Shown: in pieces, positions 19,759 to 30,462 of the stretch
How the letters are laid out: each line of letters opens with the position of its first letter
Position numbering within the stretch: the stretch's first letter is position 1
From: Candidatus Omnitrophota bacterium
GTDB taxonomy: Bacteria; Omnitrophota; Gorgyraeia; Zapsychrales; Zapsychraceae
DNA: 64,000 nt
Reading direction: 5' to 3'
Assembly (NCBI GenBank): GCA_050250375.1
Contig: JBFWOS010000002.1
Span: forward strand, 77,547 to 141,546
Notes under the pieces: generated by a model
Told to the model about the DNA's origin: nothing
Seen by the model: the letters and a program-made list of their open reading frames with translations, nothing else
Databases searched by the model: none
Position numbers and translations under genes: made by a program

Positions 19759-21024
19759 ATGGAGAGTAGCGAACTATTAGTCATTTTAGAACAACTTGAG
19801 CGTGATAAAGGGATCGACAAAGAAGTGCTAATTGAGGCCGTTGAAGCGGCTGTTGCTTCTGCCGCAAAAAAATTATGGACCGTTGATAAAGATCAGGAAG
19901 TCCGGGTCGTCCTTGATAAAGTGACCGGAAAGTTGACAGCTTACGCAGGGAATGAAGAAATCCGTTCTGGAGAATTTGGACGAATTGCGGCCCAGACTGC
20001 CAAACAGGTTGTCATTCAAAAGATACGTGAGGCGGAAAAGGATGTTGTATTTGATGAATACAAAAGTCGTATTGGAGAGATTATCAGCGGCAGCGTTTAC
20101 CGGTTTGAGAAAGGAAATATTGTTATTGATCTTGGAAAAACAGAGGCCATTATTCCCAAACGGGAACAATCGTCTAAGGAAGAATTTAAACAGGGCGACA
20201 GGATCAGGGCCTATGTTCTGGATGTTAAGCGCGAAAACCGGGGGCCTCAGATTATTCTTTCGAGAGCGCATCCGCAGTTCGTCAAACGTTTGTTTGAATT
20301 GGAAGTTCCCGAAATATTAGAAGGAATTGTGGAAATTAAGTCCATCTCAAGGGATGTCAGCGAACGGACAAAGATTTCAGTGAATTCTAAGGATGAAAAA
20401 GTAGATTCTGTCGGTGCTTGTGTAGGGATGAGAGGGTCCCGGGTTAAAAATATAGTGTCGGAACTTCAGGGCGAAAAAATCGATATCGTCCGGTTTTCAT
20501 CGGATATCAAGGAATATATCCAGGCCGCACTTTCACCGGCTGAAATATCCCAGATTCAGTTGAGTTTTCATGAGAAGAAGGCCAATATTATTGTGGCTGA
20601 CGATCAATTATCCTTGGCCATTGGAAGGCACGGTCAGAACGTCCGTCTGGCCAGCCAGTTGGTTGGGTGGGAATTGGATTTGTTTTCTTTTGATCAATGG
20701 AAGGAACATCAGGAGAAAATAGAGGCAGAAAATCAGGAAGAAGCGACAAAAACCACCAAAACCGAGAAAAACAAGGAAAAAAAGCAATCTGAAGAGACCG
20801 AAGAAGACGAGGAATCGGTTATTGAGGAGGTATCAATTGCCGATCTTACCGGGGTTGGTGAGAAATTAATTGAAGAATTGGAAGAAAAAGGGTTTGGCAC
20901 ATTAGATAAGATTGCAGAAGCCTCTGTTGATGATTTGACACCGATAAAGGGATTAGGTAAAATCAAAGCTCAGAAGTTGATTGATGAAGCCAAAAAACTA
21001 CTCGAAGAATGTGAAGAGGAATAG
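19759..21024 (+). CDS. nusA: Transcription termination/antitermination factor NusA
   Basis: S1 and KH domains ('GSRVKNIVSELQGEKIDIV') and an acidic C-terminal HhH region; rimP-nusA-infB order. Confidence 0.93.
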   Translation: MESSELLVILEQLERDKGIDKEVLIEAVEAAVASAAKKLWTVDKDQEVRVVLDKVTGKLTAYAGNEEIRSGEFGRIAAQTAKQVVIQKIREAEKDVVFDEYKSRIGEIISGSVYRFEKGNIVIDLGKTEAIIPKREQSSKEEFKQGDRIRAYVLDVKRENRGPQIILSRAHPQFVKRLFELEVPEILEGIVEIKSISRDVSERTKISVNSKDEKVDSVGACVGMRGSRVKNIVSELQGEKIDIVRFSSDIKEYIQAALSPAEISQIQLSFHEKKANIIVADDQLSLAIGRHGQNVRLASQLVGWELDLFSFDQWKEHQEKIEAENQEEATKTTKTEKNKEKKQSEETEEDEESVIEEVSIADLTGVGEKLIEELEEKGFGTLDKIAEASVDDLTPIKGLGKIKAQKLIDEAKKLLEECEEE

Positions 21025-21035
21025 AGACTAATTAT

Positions 21036-23432
21036 ATGAAAGTATCTGATCTAGCTAAAGAATTGAACACGAACAGCGAAACTATCTTGGCTGCGCTGAA
21101 GAAGTTAAAACTAAAAGCAAAGGACAGCAAGCAAGATTTAAATGTTGCGGTCGTTTCTGTTGTGAAAAGCGCTTTTAAAAAAGGGGACATCCCTAAAGTT
21201 GAACCTAAAAAGAATGTTGAGAACGTTGATGCGGCTCCTACAACAGTCAAGAAGAAGGCTGTAAAAGTTCCGGCTAAAATAAGTTCAGAGGAGAAGAAGC
21301 CCGTACCGAAAACTAAAGTCGTTGCCAAGAAAGTAAAAAAGGTAGTGAAAAAATCGGTCAAGGTAAGAAAAAAAACGGATGAATCCGCCCAAGATGTTTT
21401 AGCCGCGGATGAAACGTCTGCAAATAATGTCGAGGTTCAAGTCAAAAAGGAAAGGATCGTTGAAGAACCTGTTGCGCCGAAGAAAAAAATTAGTCAAGAA
21501 CCGGTTATTACATTGAAACCGCTGTCGCGCAAGCGACGTAAACCGCATAAGGACGATCGAAAAGACCAATCGGCTGATAACGCAAGGGAATTCGATCAAG
21601 GGCCAACCGTTAGTTCTGATCAAACCGTCGGGATGGAAGCAGCAACCCAGCCGGAGATTTTATCGGATGATCATCTGCCGGAAATAGAAGTCAAAGTGCC
21701 GATAACCGTAAAAGATTTCTCGACAGCCGTACAACAAAAACCGAGTATCGTTTTGACTAAATTAATGAAAATGGGCATATTTGCCCATATTAACCAAAGC
21801 CTGGGTGAGGAATTAGTTACACGTCTAACCAGGGAATTCGGTTTTCGATTGTCTAAACTCAAGACACAAGAAGAACAAATTATTGATGATCATAAGTTAG
21901 AGGAAGACGATGAAAAAGAACTGTTGGCCCGGGCCCCCGTTATAACTTTTATGGGGCACGTAGACCACGGTAAGACGTCTTTATTGGACAGGATTCGTAA
22001 ATCAAAAGTTGCCGATAGAGAGCATGGCGGGATTACCCAGCATATCGGCGCCTATTCTGTCGAAATGCCCAAGGGGCGCATTACTTTTCTGGATACACCG
22101 GGTCACGAGGCCTTTACAGCGATGCGGGCCAGAGGTGCGCATATCACAGATATTGTTGTACTGGTCGTAGCGGCGGATGAAGGGCTTATGCCTCAAACGA
22201 TTGAGGCGATCGATCATGCCCGGGCTGCGGAAGTCCCGATTGTCGTAGCCCTTAATAAAATGGATCGTCCAGGTGCGAACCCCGACAAGGTGAAGAAACA
22301 ATTAGCTGAACGCGGATTGGCCTCAGAAGATTGGGGCGGTAAGACGGTCGTCGTTGGGGTTTCCGCATTGACCGGACAAGGTATTGATGAAATGCTGGAA
22401 ATGATCCTTCTTGAATCTGAAATGCTGGAACTGAGGGCTAATCCGAATAAAAAGGCTTCGGGGCTGGTTGTTGAGGCGCATTTGAGTCAAGGGAAAGGAA
22501 CGGTGACGACCTTGATTGTACAAAGCGGCACTTTAAAAGAAGGGGACTTTTTAATTATGGGGCCTTATTATGGAAAAGTGAAGGCGATGTTTGACGATCA
22601 CGGGCGGGCCATTAAGAGCGCGGGGCCATCAATGCCGGTTGAGATTTTGGGATTATCCAACGTTCCGGGGGCTGGCGAGATGTTTTATGTGGTTGATGAT
22701 GAAAGAAAAGCCAAGGAGATATCGTTTGCGAAATTGGAAAAGATCAAGAATAAACGCATGCAGACTTCTTCAGCTATTTCACTGGATGATCTGTATGCCC
22801 AGATTCAAAAAGGCGCAATCAAAGAGTTAAATGTTGTGTTGAAAGCGGATGTTCAGGGATCTCTGGAAGCATTGAAAGATTCATTAGAGAAAATTCCGAG
22901 TGATAGAGTCAAGATCAAATTTATTCATACCGGAGTGGGAGAAGTCAACACCTCAGACGTCTTGTTAGCGTTCGCTTCCAAAGCGATCATCATTGCCTTC
23001 CATGTCGGCCTCGATACAAAGGCCAAACAAACTTTAGAAAAGGACCCCGTAGAAGTCCGCGAATACCGGATTATTTATGATGCCGTGGATGACATGCGTA
23101 AAGCGCTGGAAGGGCTTCTTGAAGCGAAAACAAAGAAAAATTATTACGCCAAGGTGGAAATCCGGCAGGTCTTTAAATTATCGAAGAAAGGGGTAGTCGC
23201 CGGTTGTTATGTGACCAAGGGCAGGGTTCACCGTAAGGCGAATATTGATGTTGTGCGTGGTGAAGATGTTATTCATACGGGTAAAATCAGCTCCCTGAAA
23301 CGGTTTAAGGAAGATGTCAGAGAAGTGACGGAAGGGATGGAATGCGGTATCGTACTCGAGGGATTTGAAAAGTATGAAGCCGGTGACATGCTGGAAGTTT
23401 ATGATATTGAAATTATCTCCCAGAAGTTATAA
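21036..23432 (+). CDS. infB: Translation initiation factor IF-2
   Basis: Lys-rich N-terminal region and G-domain motifs 'GHVDHGKTS', 'DTPGH' and 'NKMD'. Length is 798 aa. Confidence 0.95.
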   Translation: MKVSDLAKELNTNSETILAALKKLKLKAKDSKQDLNVAVVSVVKSAFKKGDIPKVEPKKNVENVDAAPTTVKKKAVKVPAKISSEEKKPVPKTKVVAKKVKKVVKKSVKVRKKTDESAQDVLAADETSANNVEVQVKKERIVEEPVAPKKKISQEPVITLKPLSRKRRKPHKDDRKDQSADNAREFDQGPTVSSDQTVGMEAATQPEILSDDHLPEIEVKVPITVKDFSTAVQQKPSIVLTKLMKMGIFAHINQSLGEELVTRLTREFGFRLSKLKTQEEQIIDDHKLEEDDEKELLARAPVITFMGHVDHGKTSLLDRIRKSKVADREHGGITQHIGAYSVEMPKGRITFLDTPGHEAFTAMRARGAHITDIVVLVVAADEGLMPQTIEAIDHARAAEVPIVVALNKMDRPGANPDKVKKQLAERGLASEDWGGKTVVVGVSALTGQGIDEMLEMILLESEMLELRANPNKKASGLVVEAHLSQGKGTVTTLIVQSGTLKEGDFLIMGPYYGKVKAMFDDHGRAIKSAGPSMPVEILGLSNVPGAGEMFYVVDDERKAKEISFAKLEKIKNKRMQTSSAISLDDLYAQIQKGAIKELNVVLKADVQGSLEALKDSLEKIPSDRVKIKFIHTGVGEVNTSDVLLAFASKAIIIAFHVGLDTKAKQTLEKDPVEVREYRIIYDAVDDMRKALEGLLEAKTKKNYYAKVEIRQVFKLSKKGVVAGCYVTKGRVHRKANIDVVRGEDVIHTGKISSLKRFKEDVREVTEGMECGIVLEGFEKYEAGDMLEVYDIEIISQKL

Positions 23433-23462
23433 TTTTGATCCAATCACCCTAATTGATCAATC

Positions 23463-24443
23463 ATGAAAAAAACAGTCTTCAGCGCGATGCGTCCGACAGG
23501 GAAATTACACCTCGGCCATTTAGTCGGCGCATTGCATAATTGGATTGAATTACAGAAAAATCACCAATGTATTTTCAGTATTGTTGACTGGCATGCCCTG
23601 ATGGGGGAATACGAACAGAGCCGGGATATCAGGCCAAATATGATTGATATGGCCATCGACTGGCTGGCCTGCGGTATAGACCCTGATAAATCGATTATTT
23701 TTATCCAGTCCGACGTTCCGGAACATCTGGAGTTGCAGATGATTTTTTCCTGCATTACGCCCCTGGGATGGTTGGAACGAAACCCTACCTATAAAGAACA
23801 GCTTCGTGAAATTACGACCCGAGATTTGCAGACTTATGGTTTTCTTGGTTACCCGGTCCTTCAGGCCGCGGACATTTTGCTTTACCGGGCTAATGCCGTC
23901 CCGATTGGTGAAGACCAGTTACCCCATCTGGAATTAACCAGGGAAATATCACGGCGATTCAATCATATTTTTAAAACGGAATATTTTTCAGACTGTGAGG
24001 CGATTTTAACACAGACACCCCGCCTTCTTGGCCTGGATGGGCGAAAGATGAGTAAAAGTTATAACAATGCCATTAGTTTGTCAGATACGCCGGAAGAAAT
24101 TCAGAAGAAAGTGAAGACCATGTTTACGGACCCAAAACGGTTAAGGCTAAAAGACCCCGGCCATCCGGATGAGTGCAATGTGTATAGTTATTATGAAGTT
24201 TTTGCCCCACAATTAAAAAAAGATGTATATAATTGGTGTACAGGAGCAGAAAAAGGTTGTACGGATTGTAAAATGATCCTTGCTCAACATTTGACCCAGG
24301 CTTTGTCCGGTATCAGCGAACGACGGCAATCGTTCAGCAAGGACAGGGACAAAATTGTCGATATATTAAAAGATGGCCGCAATAAGGCCAGAAAAATTGC
24401 CCAGGAAACCCTTCTTCAAGTTAAAGGTATCGTCTTCCCATGA
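23463..24443 (+). CDS. trpS: Tryptophanyl-tRNA synthetase
   Basis: Class I 'HLGH' (in 'GKLHLGHLVGAL') and 'KMSKS'. Confidence 0.93.
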   Translation: MKKTVFSAMRPTGKLHLGHLVGALHNWIELQKNHQCIFSIVDWHALMGEYEQSRDIRPNMIDMAIDWLACGIDPDKSIIFIQSDVPEHLELQMIFSCITPLGWLERNPTYKEQLREITTRDLQTYGFLGYPVLQAADILLYRANAVPIGEDQLPHLELTREISRRFNHIFKTEYFSDCEAILTQTPRLLGLDGRKMSKSYNNAISLSDTPEEIQKKVKTMFTDPKRLRLKDPGHPDECNVYSYYEVFAPQLKKDVYNWCTGAEKGCTDCKMILAQHLTQALSGISERRQSFSKDRDKIVDILKDGRNKARKIAQETLLQVKGIVFP

Positions 24444-25213
24444 GTTACAGATTACGATTGGAAATTTTTGAGGGCCCGCTGGATCTGTTATTGTATCTGA
24501 TCAAAAAAAACGACATTGATATCAAAGATATCCCGATCGTTAAAGTGACAGAACAGTACATGGAATATATCGACATGATGAAGTTGCTGGATTTAGACAT
24601 TGTCGGAGATTTTCTGGTCATGGCGGCGACGTTGATTCAAATCAAATCCAGGATGCTGTTGCCTCCTGATCCGGTGGAAGAGGGTGAAGAAGAACTTGAT
24701 CCCAGAGATGAACTGGCCCGCCGTCTTTTAGAGTACCAACGATTCAAAGAAATCGCGGAAACGCTCGAAGACCATGAGATTTTGCGTAAAGATTTTTATC
24801 CCCGGGGAATGGATGAGGAGTCAAAACAACAGCTTCTGGATGAATCAAAGGAAGTCTTTTTTGAAGCTAATCTTTTCGACCTGATCAATGCCTTTACCGA
24901 AGCCTTAAAGAAAACGCCGGAAGAAATTATCCATGAGATTATTAAGGAAGAATACACGGTGGAAGACAAAATTCATTATATCCTGCATGAATTACTGAAT
25001 AAGGAAAGGATTTCTGTCGTCGCCATGTTCCGAGCGTGTAATTCAAAACCGGAAATCATCATTTCGTTTATTGCCATTCTGGAGTTAATCCGTTTAAAAG
25101 AGATCAAGGCTTTTCAGTACGAGAATTTCGGTGATATAGAAATCCAGCGAAATAAAGATAATGTTGTCCCGGAAGACCAAATGCCCCAGGCCGAGCAAGA
25201 AGAGGAATTATAA
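24440..25213 (+). CDS. scpA: Segregation and condensation protein A
   Basis: N-terminus 'FEGPLDLLLYLIKKNDIDIKDIPI' is typical of ScpA, with an acidic C-terminus. Confidence 0.85.
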   Translation: MSYRLRLEIFEGPLDLLLYLIKKNDIDIKDIPIVKVTEQYMEYIDMMKLLDLDIVGDFLVMAATLIQIKSRMLLPPDPVEEGEEELDPRDELARRLLEYQRFKEIAETLEDHEILRKDFYPRGMDEESKQQLLDESKEVFFEANLFDLINAFTEALKKTPEEIIHEIIKEEYTVEDKIHYILHELLNKERISVVAMFRACNSKPEIIISFIAILELIRLKEIKAFQYENFGDIEIQRNKDNVVPEDQMPQAEQEEEL

Positions 25214-25221
25214 CGATTGAT

Positions 25222-26253
25222 ATGGATGAACACCGCAAGATTATATTCAGCCAGGAAACAGAAGAAGACCAGGTTTACAGTCTATCCCTCCGCCCAAAAC
25301 TCTTGAGTGATTTTGTCGGACAAAAAGATCTAGTGGACAATCTGAAAATATCTATTCAGGCGGCTAAGTTAAGAAGCGAACCTCTTGAGCATCTGCTTTT
25401 TTCAGGCCCCCCTGGGCTTGGAAAAACTTCCTTGGCCAATATTGTGGCCAATGAAATGAATTCGCGCATTACCGTGACTTCCGGACCGGCCATTGACCGG
25501 GCCGGAGATCTCATCGGAATTCTTACAAATCTGGAAAAAGGGGATATTCTCTTTATTGATGAAATACACCGGCTGTCCAAAACGGTAGAGGAATTTCTAT
25601 ATCCCGCGATGGAAGGTTTTAAGATTGATTTTATTGTCGATAAAGGCCCCTATGCGAAAACCATTAATTTTAATTTAAAGCCTTTTACTTTAATCGGAGC
25701 TACGACACGAAGCGGACTGCTGGCTTCACCATTAAGAGATCGATTCGGTATTTTTCATCATCTGGATTTCTATACACCCGAGGAATTGGGCGATATTGTC
25801 AAACAATCGTCACAGAAGTTAAATTTGAATTTGGAAAACGCGGCCGCTGTGGAACTGGCCAAACGTTCCCGCGGAACCCCGAGAATCGCGAACCGTTTAT
25901 TGCGAAGGGTCAGAGATTTTTCGCAGGTAAAGAAACAGTCCGAGACCATTACGGCTGATGTTGTTGCCGAAGCCATGCAGACACTCGGTATTGATCAGAA
26001 AGGTTTGGACGATTCGGACCGAAGATTGTTGAACGTAATGAGCCTGCATTATAAGGGCGGACCTGTTGGTGTTGAGACTCTGGCCGCTACCCTGAACGAA
26101 GAAGTTGACACTATTGTGGATGTCATCGAACCGTACTTGCTAAAGATCGGGTTCTTAAACCGCACCCCGCGCGGCAGGGAATTGACAGATTCTTCCAGAA
26201 AGCACATCAATCTTATTATTTCAGATCGAACAAAACAAAAAGAACTCTATTGA
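25222..26253 (+). CDS. ruvB: Holliday junction branch-migration ATPase RuvB
   Basis: AAA+ Walker A 'GPPGLGKTS', Walker B 'ILFIDEIHR', sensor/arginine finger and a C-terminal winged helix. Confidence 0.95.
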   Translation: MDEHRKIIFSQETEEDQVYSLSLRPKLLSDFVGQKDLVDNLKISIQAAKLRSEPLEHLLFSGPPGLGKTSLANIVANEMNSRITVTSGPAIDRAGDLIGILTNLEKGDILFIDEIHRLSKTVEEFLYPAMEGFKIDFIVDKGPYAKTINFNLKPFTLIGATTRSGLLASPLRDRFGIFHHLDFYTPEELGDIVKQSSQKLNLNLENAAAVELAKRSRGTPRIANRLLRRVRDFSQVKKQSETITADVVAEAMQTLGIDQKGLDDSDRRLLNVMSLHYKGGPVGVETLAATLNEEVDTIVDVIEPYLLKIGFLNRTPRGRELTDSSRKHINLIISDRTKQKELY

Positions 26254-26477
26254 GAATTTTTTTCACCGTTATGGCCAGGACATTCTTTCTGATCGGTTTA
26301 GGTTTTATTGTGATGAGTATTATTGTATTTTTGATTAGCCGAATTTCCGGACCGGTCAGACTTCCCGGCGATATATTGATCAAAAGGGAAAATTTTACTT
26401 TCTATTTTCCTTTGGCCACATGTCTGTTGACGAGTCTTGTGATCAGTCTGATCATTTATTTAATTAATAACAGGTAA
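26250..26477 (+). CDS. DUF2905-family small membrane protein
   Basis: 75 aa with two TM helices flanking a 'PGDI' motif, in the position often seen after ruvB. Confidence 0.6.
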   Translation: MRIFFTVMARTFFLIGLGFIVMSIIVFLISRISGPVRLPGDILIKRENFTFYFPLATCLLTSLVISLIIYLINNR

Positions 26478-26478
26478 T

Positions 26479-27624
26479 ATGAAAACTCTAAGATTGTTGC
26501 TGACCGGTTTTTTGTTCATTTTACTTCCGGCCTCGACCGATGCCCGGGAACCTGAAATCAGGGTCGAAGTCTTGAAAAATGTTGATTCGTTTATTGTTTC
26601 CGCCAGCGGAGTTTACGAAATGATCGACTTAACGGATCAAAGCCTATTAATAAAAGGTAGAAAACTCAAACGGTCCAGGGTGGGCTCATTCAATGGTGGG
26701 ATTACTGTTGGGGAAAAACTTCTAGAAACGAAGAAATTGCGGATTGTTTCCTCTAACGATATTACGATTTATGCTGAAACAAAAAAGGGTCGTTTTCGGG
26801 GAGCCGTTGATATTCTTGTTGAGAAAGATGGCCGTTTTCTTGTCATAAACCGTCTGGGACTAGAGTCGTATGTTAAAGGTGTGCTTTTTCACGAAATTTC
26901 CGACAAATGGCCGATTGAAGCAACAAAAGCCCAGGCCATTGCAACCAGGACATACGCTCTTTACAAAATGAATGAAAACATTAAAAAGAACTTTGATGTC
27001 ACGAGTGATATTTTCTCACAGGTATACGGTGGGAAAACAGCTGAACGTTTCCGTACGGATATGGCCTCCAATTATACACAAGGGCAGGTCATGGTTTATG
27101 ACGGTAAGATTGTACCCGCCTTTTTTCATTCAAACAGCGGTGGTTTTACCGAAGACGCTAACCAGGTCTGGGGCATTGATATTCCTCCTTTAAAGGGGGT
27201 TGAGTCCCCTTATAGCCATGGCATGCCGCATTACCAATGGAGACGGAACTTCCAATCGAGTGAAGTACAGAAAGTCTTAGAGAAAAATGGGATTCATACC
27301 GGTACCATCAAGAATATATCTGTGGCGGAACGAAATAAAAGTGGAAGAGTCAAGGAATTAATCATTGAAGCGCGTGACGGTAAGAAGACTAAGATCTCAG
27401 GGATAAAATTTAGAAACACCCTCGGCCCTAATTTAATTTTAAGTAACAAATATGAGATTGAGATGAAAGGATATTATTTTGATTTGATCGGGAACGGTTG
27501 GGGGCATGGGGTGGGTATGTGCCAGTGGGGAGCGTATAATATGGCCAAGGAACGGCACTCTTATGAGGAGATATTACAGTTTTATTATCCAGGTGTCGAA
27601 ATTAAGAAGATTGAAACGAAATAA
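26479..27624 (+). CDS. SpoIID/LytB-domain protein (peptidoglycan lytic transglycosylase family), secreted
   Basis: Signal peptide and the 'FHSNSGGFTED' SpoIID signature. Confidence 0.8.
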   Translation: MKTLRLLLTGFLFILLPASTDAREPEIRVEVLKNVDSFIVSASGVYEMIDLTDQSLLIKGRKLKRSRVGSFNGGITVGEKLLETKKLRIVSSNDITIYAETKKGRFRGAVDILVEKDGRFLVINRLGLESYVKGVLFHEISDKWPIEATKAQAIATRTYALYKMNENIKKNFDVTSDIFSQVYGGKTAERFRTDMASNYTQGQVMVYDGKIVPAFFHSNSGGFTEDANQVWGIDIPPLKGVESPYSHGMPHYQWRRNFQSSEVQKVLEKNGIHTGTIKNISVAERNKSGRVKELIIEARDGKKTKISGIKFRNTLGPNLILSNKYEIEMKGYYFDLIGNGWGHGVGMCQWGAYNMAKERHSYEEILQFYYPGVEIKKIETK

Positions 27625-28634
27625 TGAGATTAAGTGATTTTTCATATGAGCTTCCGGATGAGCTTATCGCCCAATATCCCGTTCAAAATCGTGAAGAAGC
27701 AAGATTATTGGTGGTTGACCGCAAGACGAATACCGTTTATCATGACATTTTCAAAAATATTGATCAGTATCTGCCTGTTCCGGCCATGATCGTATTAAAC
27801 AACAGCAAAGTAGTCCATGCGCGCTTACTGGGTCAAAAAGAATCAACCGGGGCAAAAGTCGAAGTTTTTCTGTTAAATAAATGTCATGATGACTATCATT
27901 ATGAAGTTCTTATGAAACCGATGAAGCGGCTGAAGAATGGTGATTTGATCCGATTTGGAAAGGAAAAGATCTTCGCGGAAATTATTGACCGTGAAAAAAG
28001 AGTCGTCCGGTTCAACCGGAAAAACATCAGCCGTTATCTGGAAAAGCATGGGCATATCCCGCTCCCACCGTATATCAAACGTAAAGACGAGGATATCGAC
28101 CGCACACATTATCAAACGGTTTATGCGCAAAAACTTGGTTCTGTCGCTGCCCCTACGGCGGGATTGCACTTCAGCAAATCGATATTAGACAGACTAAAAA
28201 AGAAAGGGCATCAGATAAAAGAAGTAACCCTGCATATCAATTACGGGACCTTTAAGCCCGTCGAAGCAAGTGATATAAAGAAACATAAAATGCATAGTGA
28301 ACATTATCAGGTGACCAAGCCGGTTTACCAAAGTCTGGCCAGAGCCAAACAAACCAATGTTCCGGTTGTGGCCGTTGGGACGACCAGCGCAAGGGTTCTT
28401 GAATCATTGGCCAGACATAAACCGCTGTCGGGTGAAACCGACATTTTTATTTATCCAGGGGTGAAATTTAAATGGGTTGAAATTTTGTTAACGAATTTTC
28501 ATCTCCCTTACAGTACACTGTTGATGTTAGTGTATGCCTTTGGTGGGACTGAATTAATTAAGAAGGCTTATTCTGAAGCCATTAAAAATAAATACCGTTT
28601 TTATAGTTACGGTGATGCGATGTTGATCATTTAA
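27624..28634 (+). CDS. queA: S-adenosylmethionine:tRNA ribosyltransferase-isomerase
   Basis: 'LSDFSYELPDELIAQYP' N-terminus and 'TAGLHF'. Confidence 0.93.
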   Translation: MRLSDFSYELPDELIAQYPVQNREEARLLVVDRKTNTVYHDIFKNIDQYLPVPAMIVLNNSKVVHARLLGQKESTGAKVEVFLLNKCHDDYHYEVLMKPMKRLKNGDLIRFGKEKIFAEIIDREKRVVRFNRKNISRYLEKHGHIPLPPYIKRKDEDIDRTHYQTVYAQKLGSVAAPTAGLHFSKSILDRLKKKGHQIKEVTLHINYGTFKPVEASDIKKHKMHSEHYQVTKPVYQSLARAKQTNVPVVAVGTTSARVLESLARHKPLSGETDIFIYPGVKFKWVEILLTNFHLPYSTLLMLVYAFGGTELIKKAYSEAIKNKYRFYSYGDAMLII

Positions 28635-28639
28635 AAAAA

Positions 28640-29770
28640 ATGTTTGAATTGATAAAGACAGATAAGAAGACTAAGGCCCGTCTGGGAATCGTGAAAACGG
28701 CTCACGGTGATATTGAATCTCCGTTTTTTATGCCCGTTGGAACGAATGGCACGGTCAAATCGTTGACCTTTGAAAATTTGCGTGAGTTAGGCGCGCAATT
28801 GATGCTTTCAAATACCTACCACTTGAATATTCGTCCCGGTTTGGAAATTATTCGAAGCGCAGGCGGTTTGCACAAATTTACCGGTTGGGATAAACCAATC
28901 CTGACCGACAGCGGCGGTTACCAGGTGTTCAGTTTGTCCAAACTTAGGAAAATTTCTGATGACGGTGTTGAATTCCGTTCACACCTAGACGGCGCGGCTC
29001 ATTATTTTGATCCGGAAAAAGTAATGGAAATTCAACAGGTATTCGGATCGGACATTGTCATGCCGCTGGACGAATGTGCGCCTTACCCGTGTGAACGTAA
29101 ACAGGCCGAGGGATCGGTCAGACGGACAACGTACTGGGCAAAAAGATCTAAGGAATACTTTACGAAGAAAGGGATGGGCAAGAATCAAAATCTTTTCGGT
29201 ATTATCCAGGGATCAACCTATCAGGATTTAAGGGAACAGTCGGCGAAAGAAATTCTAGACGTCGGGTTCGATGGATATGCGATCGGCGGGGTCAGTGTAG
29301 GCGAACCTGTCAAAGACATGTTTGAAGCGTTGGAATGGGTGGAGCCGATGTTGCCCCAAAACAAACTCCGATACTTTATGGGGATCGGATATCCAGACCA
29401 GATTGTCAAAGCGGTTGGCGAAGGCATTGATATGTTTGACACTGTTTTGCCAACCCGGTTTGGCCGGCATACCACTGCGTTTACCCGCCGGGGAAGGATG
29501 GTCATGCGCAATGCCGTCTACGCCGACGATTTCAGACCGCTTGATGCCGACCGGGATATCCCTTATTGCACCCAGTACCCTCGGAGTTATATCCGGCATT
29601 TGGCCAATCAAAATGAAATTACGGCTCTGCATATACTTTCTTACTGTAATGTACACTTCTATGTTAATTTAATGAAAGAAATTAGACAAGCCATCAAAGA
29701 AGACCGGTACGCAGAATTTCAGGACGAATTTTTAAAAGAATTTAAATCGGAGTTGGCCCATGAGATTTGA
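28640..29770 (+). CDS. tgt: Queuine tRNA-ribosyltransferase (zinc site degenerate)
   Basis: 'MPVGTNGTVK', 'LTDSGGYQVFSL' and 'GIGYPD'. Where other Tgt carry the CxCxxC..H zinc motif, only one Cys remains here ('DIPYCTQYPRSYIRHL'). Confidence 0.9.
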   Translation: MFELIKTDKKTKARLGIVKTAHGDIESPFFMPVGTNGTVKSLTFENLRELGAQLMLSNTYHLNIRPGLEIIRSAGGLHKFTGWDKPILTDSGGYQVFSLSKLRKISDDGVEFRSHLDGAAHYFDPEKVMEIQQVFGSDIVMPLDECAPYPCERKQAEGSVRRTTYWAKRSKEYFTKKGMGKNQNLFGIIQGSTYQDLREQSAKEILDVGFDGYAIGGVSVGEPVKDMFEALEWVEPMLPQNKLRYFMGIGYPDQIVKAVGEGIDMFDTVLPTRFGRHTTAFTRRGRMVMRNAVYADDFRPLDADRDIPYCTQYPRSYIRHLANQNEITALHILSYCNVHFYVNLMKEIRQAIKEDRYAEFQDEFLKEFKSELAHEI

Positions 29771-30434
29771 TATCATCACTATTTTTCCTGACATGTTCAA
29801 GCCGATAATCAATGAATCGATCTTGAAAAGGGCCCAAGCAAAGAAGAAAGTGACGATTAACATCCATGATTTACGTGAGTATACCGCGGATAAACACCAT
29901 AAAGTCGATGACCGGCCTTTTGGCGGCGGCCCCGGAATGGTCATGACCTGCCAGCCTATTTTTGATGCGGTGCGAAAAATCAAAGGCCGCAGAAAAGCCA
30001 GGGTTATTATGACATGCCCGCGCGGCATTCCCCTCAACCAGAAGAATGTAAAAAAGTTGACAAAATATAAAAATATTATTATTATATGCGGTCATTATGA
30101 AGGGGTTGACGAACGGGTCAACAAAATGTTGGTGGATGAATGCATATCCATCGGTGATTATATCCTTACCGGAGGCGAATTACCGGCGTTAGTGATTATG
30201 GATAGTATAACTCGTTTGATTCCAGGCGTTTTAGGAAGAGAGGAGTCATTGGTCAACGAATCGTTCGAATCGAATTTGCTGGATTTTCCGCATTACACCC
30301 GGCCGGCAAATTTTCGTGGTAAAAAAGTTCCTTCTGTGTTATTATCTGGAAATCATAAAGATATAGAAAAATGGCGTAATTCACAGGCTGTTGAATTAAC
30401 GAAGAAAAATCGTCCTGATTTACTGAAGGATTAA
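29760..30434 (+). CDS. trmD: tRNA (guanine37-N1)-methyltransferase
   Basis: 'MRFDIITIFPDMF' and a SPOUT-fold pattern; it precedes rplS. Confidence 0.93.
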   Translation: MRFDIITIFPDMFKPIINESILKRAQAKKKVTINIHDLREYTADKHHKVDDRPFGGGPGMVMTCQPIFDAVRKIKGRRKARVIMTCPRGIPLNQKNVKKLTKYKNIIIICGHYEGVDERVNKMLVDECISIGDYILTGGELPALVIMDSITRLIPGVLGREESLVNESFESNLLDFPHYTRPANFRGKKVPSVLLSGNHKDIEKWRNSQAVELTKKNRPDLLKD

Positions 30435-30462
30435 AAATAGCTAATGGTTATGGAGGTAAACA

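Noticed and set aside
23433-23462. Weak inverted repeat TTGATC...GATCAA after infB as a terminator
   Set aside because: The stem is 6 bp with a 14-nt loop and no T-run. trpS follows 30 nt later, so this is likely readthrough or an operon junction rather than a terminator.
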